This document shows positions 57,158 to 64,000 of a stretch of 64,000 bases of DNA, in pieces. Position 1 is the stretch's first letter; each line of letters begins with the position of its first letter. The translations under genes were made by a program, and so were the position numbers. This DNA comes from Candidatus Lustribacter sp. (lineage in GTDB: Bacteria; Vulcanimicrobiota; Vulcanimicrobiia; Vulcanimicrobiales; Vulcanimicrobiaceae), in NCBI GenBank assembly GCA_965277805.1, contig OZ255842.1:1344001-1408000 (forward strand), read 5' to 3'. The notes beneath the pieces are model-generated. The model ran no database searches. It was not told the origin of the DNA and saw nothing but the letters and a program-made list of their open reading frames with translations.

Positions 57158-57855
57158 GCCTGCTCGAAATCGAACGCGTCAACGCCTACTACGGCGAATC
57201 GCACGTGCTCTTCGACCTCTCGCTGCACGTTGAAGAAGGCGAGGTCGTCGCGCTGCTCGGCCGCAACGGCGCAGGCAAGACGACGACGATGAACACGATC
57301 ATGGGCGTCGTCGCACCGCGTTCGGGAGCCGTGCGCGTGGCGGGCGAAGACGTCACCGGCATGCGGCCGCATGCGATCGCCGCCCGCAGCGTGCAGCTCG
57401 TTCCGGATACGCGCCGCATCGTGAAGACGATCTCGGTCGACGAGAACCTGCAGCTCGCCGCGCTCACGGCCAAATCGCCGTGGACGCGCGAACGCATCTA
57501 CGAGCTCTTTCCCTCGCTCGGCCGGCGGCGTGCCAGTATGGGGCGCGCGCTCTCGGGCGGCGAGCAGCAGATGCTCGCGATCGCCCGGGCCCTGATTCGC
57601 GAACCGCGCCTGCTGCTGCTCGACGAGCCGTTCGAAGGCTTGGCGCCGCTGATCGTGCGCGATCTCATCGCCACCACGCGCGCGCTGGCGAGCGAAGGCC
57701 GCACGATCGTGATCGTCGAGCAAAACGTGCGGGCTGCGTTAGCGCTGGCCGGGCGCGCCTACGTCTTGAACAAAGGCCAGGTCGTGTGGGAAGGGGCACC
57801 CGCCGCACTCGAGGCGGCGCCCGAACTCATGCACCGGTATCTGGGCGTCTCATGA
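57154..57855 (+). CDS. livF: ABC ATPase (LivF-like)
   Basis: GRNGAGKTT, LSGGEQQML, LLDEPFEGLAP, VEQN. Confidence 0.92.
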   Translation: MSLLEIERVNAYYGESHVLFDLSLHVEEGEVVALLGRNGAGKTTTMNTIMGVVAPRSGAVRVAGEDVTGMRPHAIAARSVQLVPDTRRIVKTISVDENLQLAALTAKSPWTRERIYELFPSLGRRRASMGRALSGGEQQMLAIARALIREPRLLLLDEPFEGLAPLIVRDLIATTRALASEGRTIVIVEQNVRAALALAGRAYVLNKGQVVWEGAPAALEAAPELMHRYLGVS

Positions 57856-58314
57856 ACGCTCTTCGCGCTGCACGTTATCGTAGATCGTCGTGAGCGCGCG
57901 CTGCAGCACTTTCAGATCGTGCGCCGAGAGACGGTCGATGTAGAGCTGGTTCACGTTCTCCGCGAACGGAACGGTTCGCTCGAAGAGTTCCGTGCCGGCC
58001 GGCGTCAGCGAGATGGCGACGCTGCGCGTGTCTTCCTCGATGCGCCGGCGTTTGACCCAGCGCGACTTCGTCATCGCGTTGAGCAGCCGTGAGAGCGTGG
58101 GCGGTTCGATGCTCGTGAGCTTGGCCAGTTCGCCGAAGCGGCACTCGCGGTGCTGCCAAAGGGTCAGCAGAATGCGCCATTGCGGAACCGTGAGGCCGAA
58201 CTTCTCGAACTCGAGCGCAGAGTAGTTGAGCATTGCGGTGGCGGCCCGGTTGACGAGATAGGGAATGTAGCTCTCGATCTGCAGGTCGCCGGCCGGCCCG
58301 GCGCGGCGTTTCAG
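57850..58314 (-). CDS. MarR family transcriptional regulator (start uncertain; CTG at 58314 overlaps the upstream stop)
   Basis: YIPYLVNR, GLTVPQWRIL, TLSRLL, DTRSVAISLTPAG. Confidence 0.85.
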   Translation of the reverse strand: MKRRAGPAGDLQIESYIPYLVNRAATAMLNYSALEFEKFGLTVPQWRILLTLWQHRECRFGELAKLTSIEPPTLSRLLNAMTKSRWVKRRRIEEDTRSVAISLTPAGTELFERTVPFAENVNQLYIDRLSAHDLKVLQRALTTIYDNVQREERS

Positions 58315-59480
58315 CCGCCGCCCGCCTTGCTGACGCCGACCCACGTGTTCTTCTCGGGACTCCAGCGCACCATGATCACGCTGTCGACGCCCACGCCCCG
58401 CTGCGGCGTGGTATGGTAGTCGTACTGACCGAACACGCCGACGCCGTGATAGGCGGTGATGTAGTCGCGAATTTGCGCCGGCGTGGCGTTGGGCCCGAGT
58501 TTGTTGATCGCGTCGACGATGATCAAGATCGGATCCCAAACGAAGAGGTGCCCTTGATCGGGCCGCACGCCGATCGCCTTGAATGCATCGAGATACGCGT
58601 TGACCGCGCGTTTCTCGGGCCCGTTCGGCAGCGTCTCCGGCGCAAAACTCGCCGAGCCGGGAAAGTAGAGTTCCTTGGGCAGAAAGTTCACGTACTGCTT
58701 CATCTGCACGTACGTCATGTTTCCGGGCGTGGCGAGCACCGGGATGTCGAGCCCGGTCGATTGCATCGCGTTGAACACCGTCGCGAGCGGTCCGCCGACG
58801 GTCCAAGCAATCAGCGCTTGCGCGCCGGATGCTTTGATGCGCGCGATCTGCGCCGCGACGCTGACGTCGGAGGCGTTGTAGTGCTCGTGCGCCGCGACGG
58901 TGACGTTCTTGTTTTCGGGCAGCGCGAGCATCTGGGCGACGTTGTTATCGAGGTCCTGACCGGTCGCATCGGTCGTCGCGATGATGCCGAGCTTGGTCCA
59001 GCCTTTGGAGCGGAAGAAGCGCAAGGAAGCTTGGATCATGTCCGTCGTCGAGGTGCCGGCGGTGAACATGTAGCTGCCGGCCGGCGGATGCACGCCGGGC
59101 GAGAAGCAGTAGAGCACCGGTCCGTCTTTGATCAGCGCCGCTTGTGCGCTGCAGATCGCCGTCAAGGTCGAGCCCACCATCACCGCGGCTTTCTTCGCGA
59201 TGATGCCGTCGGTCAGCTGGACCGCGACCTGCGGGCTCGACTGATCGTCGAGGTAGTTGAATTTGAGCGGCCGCCCGGCGACGCCGCCGCGCTTGTTGAT
59301 CATGTCCTCGAGCAGCTTGAGCGCGACCATTTGCGCGGTGCCGAGAAACGCGCCGTTGCCGCTCTGCGGTAAGATCGCGTCGATCTCGTAGGGGTCGGCG
59401 GCGCGCGCTGTTTGCGGCGTTGCCGTAAGCGCGACGGTGAGCGCGAGAAGCGCGGCGCAGGCCGCAGAGCGGAGGTTCAT
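58311..59480 (-). CDS. ABC substrate-binding protein, LivK-like type
   Basis: INKRGGVAGRPL..DDQSSP, DATG; clear paralogue of 38286-39464; ATGA overlap with the Rieske gene. Confidence 0.88.
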   Translation of the reverse strand: MNLRSAACAALLALTVALTATPQTARAADPYEIDAILPQSGNGAFLGTAQMVALKLLEDMINKRGGVAGRPLKFNYLDDQSSPQVAVQLTDGIIAKKAAVMVGSTLTAICSAQAALIKDGPVLYCFSPGVHPPAGSYMFTAGTSTTDMIQASLRFFRSKGWTKLGIIATTDATGQDLDNNVAQMLALPENKNVTVAAHEHYNASDVSVAAQIARIKASGAQALIAWTVGGPLATVFNAMQSTGLDIPVLATPGNMTYVQMKQYVNFLPKELYFPGSASFAPETLPNGPEKRAVNAYLDAFKAIGVRPDQGHLFVWDPILIIVDAINKLGPNATPAQIRDYITAYHGVGVFGQYDYHTTPQRGVGVDSVIMVRWSPEKNTWVGVSKAGGG

Positions 59481-60799
59481 GTGGAAGCCCCGTTCTTGAG
59501 TGCGAGCATCGGCGGCGACGCCGTGTACCGTGCGGGCAGGCTCTCCGCAAAATGAAGCAGCGCCGGTCCGTCGTCGGGGTTGCCGGGGAATTGATCGATG
59601 CCGATGACGAGATCGTTGGCATAGGTCGGCGGGACGTCGCTTTGTTCGGCGTACACGCCCGGCGGCGTTTCGCCGCGCTGCACGGCCTCGATACCGTTGC
59701 GCACGTAGCGCCGGTACATGGCGACGCCGCGATCGAGCGACCCGAGTTGCTCCGTCGCATGCACGTTGATCGCGCCTTGGCTCGCCATCGCTTCGTTGTC
59801 GCCCGGTATCCACTGGCGATCCCGGTACGGGCGATCCGCATTTTGACCGAAGATTTCGAGCCGCCGGCGTTCTTCGAACGGCATCGTTTCGTCGTCGCTG
59901 ACGTGGCTGATGAAGAAGTTGACGGTGTTTTCATCGTCGACCGGCAGCGACCAGAACGAGAGGAACGGCCGGCTAGCGGGCTTGCGCTCGCGGCCGCTCT
60001 CGAAGATCGAGTTGATGATGTGCACGCTCGCGCCTTGCACTTCCGAGGAACGCACCCAGACGTTGTCGCCGACGCGCCGGGCCGCGAAGTAGGCGATGCC
60101 GCCCGGCGTTTCCGCCCACGTCATCTCGGGATAGTTGCCGAATTCGTTGGCGAAGTGCTCCATGCCGCGCATCTGCGGGATCACGTGCAGGAAGTGCGTG
60201 TGATGCGGGTCGACGGCGTTTTCCTTGACTTGCAGCCAGTTGCAGGCGAAGTTCGAACGGATGCCCGGCACGAGACGCAGTCCCGGAATATCGAAGCGAT
60301 CGCCCACCGGGAAAATCGGCATCGTTTCGGGCGGCCCCATGTAGGCGAACACGATCCCCGCGAACAGGTGCACCGGATAACCGCCCTGGCTCGCGCGTTT
60401 GCGCAGCTTCTCTTCGGCCGGATCTCCGGGAATCTGCAGGCATTGTCCGTCGACGGCGTACAAGCGGCCATGGTAACAGCAGCGAATGCCCTCCTCTTCG
60501 ATCACACCGTATTCGAGCGAGGTATTGCGATGACCGCAGTGCAGATGCAGGAGCCCGACCCGTCCGCTCTTGTCGCGGAAACAAACGAGATCTTCGCCCA
60601 GCGCGCGCACCCGCAACGGAACGTCGGTCAGTTCGTATTCGTATGCGACCGGCTGCCAGAAACGGCGATGCCATTCGCCGCCCGGCGTGCCGCGGCCGAC
60701 GCCGCAGAGTACCATATTCGGTTCGGCCGTGTGCTGCCGGGAATAGCCGTTGTACGCTAGCGACGGTCCTCCGGCGGGCTTCTTCGCTGTGGTCGTCAT
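59477..60799 (-). CDS. Rieske non-heme iron oxygenase alpha subunit
   Basis: GTPGGEW.RRFWQP, CGH..CCYH, ENAVDPHHTHFLH; GGAGG SD. Confidence 0.9.
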   Translation of the reverse strand: MTTTAKKPAGGPSLAYNGYSRQHTAEPNMVLCGVGRGTPGGEWHRRFWQPVAYEYELTDVPLRVRALGEDLVCFRDKSGRVGLLHLHCGHRNTSLEYGVIEEEGIRCCYHGRLYAVDGQCLQIPGDPAEEKLRKRASQGGYPVHLFAGIVFAYMGPPETMPIFPVGDRFDIPGLRLVPGIRSNFACNWLQVKENAVDPHHTHFLHVIPQMRGMEHFANEFGNYPEMTWAETPGGIAYFAARRVGDNVWVRSSEVQGASVHIINSIFESGRERKPASRPFLSFWSLPVDDENTVNFFISHVSDDETMPFEERRRLEIFGQNADRPYRDRQWIPGDNEAMASQGAINVHATEQLGSLDRGVAMYRRYVRNGIEAVQRGETPPGVYAEQSDVPPTYANDLVIGIDQFPGNPDDGPALLHFAESLPARYTASPPMLALKNGAST

Positions 60800-60837
60800 G
60801 ATGGGGATCCTCCGGTGGCGAGCTCTGCCCCCAAGAA

Positions 60838-60857
60838 ATCGTTCCATTTGGAACAAT
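60838..60857. promoter_or_regulatory. Candidate MarR operator
   Basis: Near-perfect palindrome ATcGTTCCA-tt-TGGAACaAT upstream of the Rieske-SBP-MarR unit. Confidence 0.6.
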
Positions 60858-60927
60858 CTCCTGCATTGGGGGGCGGACGTGAGGTTGCTCGGAAATCGGG
60901 GTAAGGCGGCTGCAAGGAGAATTGCTT

Positions 60928-61119
60928 GTGCCGCTGATCCAAGTTGTCGTCGCTCTGATCGTCGTGGGAGTTCTGCTCGGGCTGATCAACCGCTACATTC
61001 CGATGGCCGACTCCATCAAGTCGATCTTGAACGCGGTCGTCGTCATCGCGGTGGTCATTTGGCTGCTTCAACTTTTCGGGCTCTGGAGCTACATCACGCA
61101 CTTCCGCGTCGGCAGTTAG
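60928..61119 (+). CDS. Small two-TM membrane protein (Thivi_2564-like)
   Basis: LIVVGVLLGLINRYIPM..IKSILNAVVVI; AAGGAG SD. Confidence 0.75.
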   Translation: MPLIQVVVALIVVGVLLGLINRYIPMADSIKSILNAVVVIAVVIWLLQLFGLWSYITHFRVGS

Positions 61120-61135
61120 CGCAGAATCCGGGGTC

Positions 61136-61669
61136 GTGATGAGCCGGCTGCCCGACCCCGGCTCCGCGGCGCTGACGCCGGCGCAACGCGCGATACTCGA
61201 TCGGCGCGGCGGACGCGCCGCCGGGCCGAGTGCGGTGTTGATGTGGGTGCCGGAAATCGCCGTCCCCGCGGATGCGCTTATAACGATGTTGCGCAACGGC
61301 AAGCTGGACCGGCGGCTGTATCGCGTGATGTGCATGACGATCGCGCGGCGCTGGAGCGCAGACTACGTGTTCAACTTGCACCAAGCGGGAGCGCTGGAAG
61401 CCGGCGTGCCGCCGGCCGTCGTCGAGGCGATCCGTGTGCGCGCGTTGCCGCCCTTCACCCGCGACGACGAGCGCCTCGTCTACGAACTCGTCACGGAGCT
61501 GCTCGACACGCACCAGCTCTCCGCCGCGGCGTACGCGGCCGCGATCGCAACGATGGGGCTCGAAAATACGATCGAGCTGGTGACGGGCATCGGCATCTAC
61601 AGCACGATCTGCATGCTCTTGCGAGCCTTCGACGTCACGGTCCCGGAAGGTGAACGCCAACTCCCTTAA
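61136..61669 (+). CDS. Carboxymuconolactone decarboxylase family protein
   Basis: GP..WVPE, W.ADY...H, DERLVY, GIYS; paralogue of 51607-52152. Confidence 0.78.
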   Translation: MMSRLPDPGSAALTPAQRAILDRRGGRAAGPSAVLMWVPEIAVPADALITMLRNGKLDRRLYRVMCMTIARRWSADYVFNLHQAGALEAGVPPAVVEAIRVRALPPFTRDDERLVYELVTELLDTHQLSAAAYAAAIATMGLENTIELVTGIGIYSTICMLLRAFDVTVPEGERQLP

Positions 61670-61682
61670 AACCGGGCCGTCA

Positions 61683-62342
61683 ATGCGCATCACGGTTTCG
61701 GCGGCGATGTCGATCGACGGCTACATCGCGGATACGTCACCCGAGCGGCTCCGGCTCTCGAGCACTGAGGACTTCGCCGATATGCGTCGCGCGCGCGCAG
61801 AGCACGATGCGATTCTCGTCGGCGCCGAGACCGTGCGGCGCGACAATCCCGCCCTGTTGCTCGAGGACTCCGTAGCGCAACCCGCGCGCGTGACCGTCAC
61901 TCGGTCCGGCGTGCTGGCGCTCGATTCCCGTTTCTTCAGCGGCGGTGCGCGGACCATCGTGCTTGCGCCGGCCGGCACCGCACGCGCGCTGGAAGGTGTG
62001 CTCGCGGGGAAGGCCGAGGTCGCCGTCTTGGAAACTGACGAGCCGGCCGCGATCGTTCGTGCATTGCACGCTCTCGGCATCGCCTCGCTCTTCGTCGAGG
62101 GTGGCACGCGCGTGCTCACGGCTTTTTTGGCGGCCGGCCTCTTTCACGAATTGCGGCTCGCAATCGCGCCGTTTTTCGTCGGCGTTGCGGCTGCGCCGCG
62201 GATCGTCGGCCCGGCTGCGTTCGTTCACAATAAAAATCACCGTCTCGAACTCATCGACGCCCGTGCCTGCGGCGACACGGCGGTGCAGCGTTTTCGCAAT
62301 CCCGACATCGGCGTGATTTGTGAGCGACTCGGACTTTCTTGA
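61683..62342 (+). CDS. RibD C-terminal/dihydrofolate-reductase-like reductase
   Basis: AMSIDGYI, DAILVGAETVRRDNP, LFVEGG. Confidence 0.85.
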   Translation: MRITVSAAMSIDGYIADTSPERLRLSSTEDFADMRRARAEHDAILVGAETVRRDNPALLLEDSVAQPARVTVTRSGVLALDSRFFSGGARTIVLAPAGTARALEGVLAGKAEVAVLETDEPAAIVRALHALGIASLFVEGGTRVLTAFLAAGLFHELRLAIAPFFVGVAAAPRIVGPAAFVHNKNHRLELIDARACGDTAVQRFRNPDIGVICERLGLS

Positions 62343-62712
62343 GCAGGCGATCGCGCTCTCAGCGCTCGCGCCGCCGTCGGAGGAGGCGTTTGCCGTGGGC
62401 TGCGTTATCGTCGACGCCGGCGGCGTGCCGATCGCAACCGGTTACAGTCGCGAACTCGGACCGCACTGGCACGCAGAAGAAGTCGCGCTTTCCAAAGCCG
62501 CCGGCATCCCGCTCACGGCGGCCACGCTGTATTCCTCGCTCGAACCGTGCAGCACGCGCAAGTCGCGCCCCGTTTCGTGCACGCAGCTGATCATCGAGGC
62601 GGGCATCCCGCGGGTCGTGTTCGGCGAGCGCGAACCGCCGACGTTCGTCGATTGCTGCGGCGCAGAGTTACTGGCGGCCGCCGGCGTCGAGGTCGTGGAG
62701 ATGCCCGGCTAG
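62320..62712 (+). CDS. Zn-dependent cytidine/dCMP deaminase-fold protein (RibD N-terminal-like)
   Basis: HAEE, SLEPC..(x8)..C, IPRVV. Confidence 0.85.
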   Translation: MSDSDFLEQAIALSALAPPSEEAFAVGCVIVDAGGVPIATGYSRELGPHWHAEEVALSKAAGIPLTAATLYSSLEPCSTRKSRPVSCTQLIIEAGIPRVVFGEREPPTFVDCCGAELLAAAGVEVVEMPG

Positions 62713-62745
62713 TCGAGTTCACTGGATGAAACAACACAGCAATTA

Positions 62746-62774
62746 TTGACACGTGTTGGCTTTCGATGCACGAT
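62746..62774 (+). promoter_or_regulatory. Sigma-70-type promoter TTGACA-N17-CACGAT with an overlapping inverted repeat
   Basis: Consensus -35 with 17-nt spacer; caacac (62732-62737) / gtgttg (62753-62758) flank the -35. Confidence 0.6.
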
Positions 62775-62817
62775 ATGTCTACCGCCGCCGCGTCGCCTTT
62801 TGGAAGGTTTGGTGCAT

Positions 62818-63540
62818 ATGATCGCCACTGCCCAGCGCCCGGAACTCGTTGAAAAGCTTTCGAGCGAGCTGACCGCCCTGGCCATCGCGCAGTTCACGAG
62901 CCCGGAGTTTGAGCTGTACTTCAGCACCCCGCTGACGATGGACCGGGCGAAGTTCAACGCCATCCAAATGGTGTTCTACAATAACAACCGGCGCGAGGGC
63001 TGGGCGTTCGTTCAGGCACGGGCGCCGTGGGCAGTGAAACAAGCAATCTGGCACCACGAAGAGGACGAACTCTTCCACGACCCGCGCGCCGGCACCGACC
63101 ATCGCATCCTGATGTCGACCGAGGCCATCGCGCTCGGCGCAACAGACGCCGAGGTGTGGGCCGCCGAACCGACGCCGCTGATCGAAGCCGTGTTTGCGGG
63201 CTGGAACAGCATGAACGCGACCGATCCGTGGCTCGCCGCGCTCACGGGCTCGCACTTCCTCGAACGGCGCAACAACAGCAATCTCATTCCCGGCGGTGCG
63301 ATGTCGATGCGCTGGCGCAACAAGCTCGTCAAAGAACTCGGCGTCGCGCAAGACTCGCTCAAGTCGAGCAACGTGCACATCGTCGCCGATGTCGATCACT
63401 CCGATGCCATTTGGGACGCGGTCGCCGGCGGCATTTGCTCCGAATACGACTACGAAACGGCCCTGGCCGGCGCGCGCAAGGCCGCGCGTCTCGACCGCGC
63501 GTTTCGCGGCGCGCTCGCCTACGAGATGCGGGTCCGCTAG
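62818..63540 (+). CDS. Heme-oxygenase-like diiron oxidase (CADD/PqqC/TenA superfamily)
   Basis: HEEDE..DH, HFLE and HIVADVDH (H-x3-D-x2-H) ligand pattern in an all-helical protein. Confidence 0.72.
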   Translation: MIATAQRPELVEKLSSELTALAIAQFTSPEFELYFSTPLTMDRAKFNAIQMVFYNNNRREGWAFVQARAPWAVKQAIWHHEEDELFHDPRAGTDHRILMSTEAIALGATDAEVWAAEPTPLIEAVFAGWNSMNATDPWLAALTGSHFLERRNNSNLIPGGAMSMRWRNKLVKELGVAQDSLKSSNVHIVADVDHSDAIWDAVAGGICSEYDYETALAGARKAARLDRAFRGALAYEMRVR

Positions 63541-63542
63541 AC

Positions 63543-64000
63543 GTGGCGGGCGTCTCCCGCGCAGCGCTGCTCGGGGCCGGCGCGGCGGCTGCGCTGTCGA
63601 CCGCATGGGCACCGATCGCCCGGGCGGCAGCACCCTACGGCAAGCCGGAAACGGCTAACCTGAAGGTCGGCATTCCGCTCGACGCCACGTCGTATCTGCC
63701 CGTGTACTTGGCCGCGCAAACGACGTGGAAAGAGGCCGGGCTGAACGTCGAGCTGTTCGCCTTTCGCGGTGACGCGGAATCGTCGCAAGCATTGGCGGGC
63801 GATTCGATCGACGTCGATTGCGGATCGCTCTCGGGTTTGGTGAACGTGATTACGTCGGGGCAGCCGGTCATCGGCATTTACGGCGGTTTCAACGCGGCCG
63901 GCTTTTCGTGGTACGCGCAGCCCAACATGAAGTCGTGGAACGACGTGCGCGGCAAGTCGCTCGGCGTCTCGACCTTCGGTTCGACGACCGACGCGCTGAC
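63543..64000 (+). CDS. ABC substrate-binding protein, SsuA/NMT1 type; 3' end lies outside the window
   Basis: Not in the ORF track; read by hand as VAGVSRAALLG..KPETANLKVG..YLPVYLA..EAGLNVE..DVRGKSLGVSTFGSTTD. Confidence 0.8.
   Translation, partial: MAGVSRAALLGAGAAAALSTAWAPIARAAAPYGKPETANLKVGIPLDATSYLPVYLAAQTTWKEAGLNVELFAFRGDAESSQALAGDSIDVDCGSLSGLVNVITSGQPVIGIYGGFNAAGFSWYAQPNMKSWNDVRGKSLGVSTFGSTTDAL

Noticed and set aside
51607-61669. The two CMD-family proteins as AhpD peroxidases
   Set aside because: Neither has the CxxC motif; this Cys-less subfamily is common
431-63877. Numerous long alternative-frame and antisense ORFs in the track (e.g. 10275-11828, 53079-54449, 59552-60760)
   Set aside because: Arg/Ala-rich shadows of real genes, expected at high GC; they carry no family motifs
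1-64000. tRNA, rRNA, IS elements, integrases, prophage or defence systems
   Set aside because: No cloverleaf/T-loop, terminal inverted repeats or matching protein motifs were seen; intergenic gaps are short and base composition looks uniform

Overview
High-GC, very gene-dense bacterial chromosome segment with about 67 CDS. I found no rRNA, tRNA, CRISPR array, transposase, integrase or phage genes. The gene style tentatively suggests Vulcanimicrobiota/Eremiobacterota (inference only). From left to right: (1) partial M16 peptidase, Nudix hydrolase, and a cytochrome c + 2Fe-2S + two tandem IorB-type molybdoenzyme subunits; (2) a degenerate GGDEF protein and a CxxC-x17-CxxC zinc-ribbon protein with a structured leader; (3) a compact ~10 kb type IV pilus locus (pilB-pilT-pilC-sigma-pilin-ccdA-TPR-pilD-pilMNO-P?-Q) that carries its own SigB/F-like sigma factor and a CcdA-like redox protein; (4) yjbQ and nadQ-nadA-nadC, with a candidate NadQ box but no nadB; (5) cupredoxin-like, HD-GYP, ferritin-like, Nramp and carboxylesterase genes; (6) a ~34 kb scavenging region. 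The window holds 14 solute-binding proteins, 13 of them in this last region, but only one permease/ATPase set. They are interleaved with Rieske oxygenases, two MetE-II-family Zn enzymes, a formyltransferase, an LLM oxidoreductase, DyP, cupin, CMD proteins, a split RibD-like pair and a heme-oxygenase-like diiron enzyme. Non-coding signals include a recurrent (A/T/G)GG-N17/18-SCGWA element 10-12 nt before SD-less start codons, an RBS-sequestering hairpin, and candidate operators. All calls come from motif reading by eye; no database searches were run.
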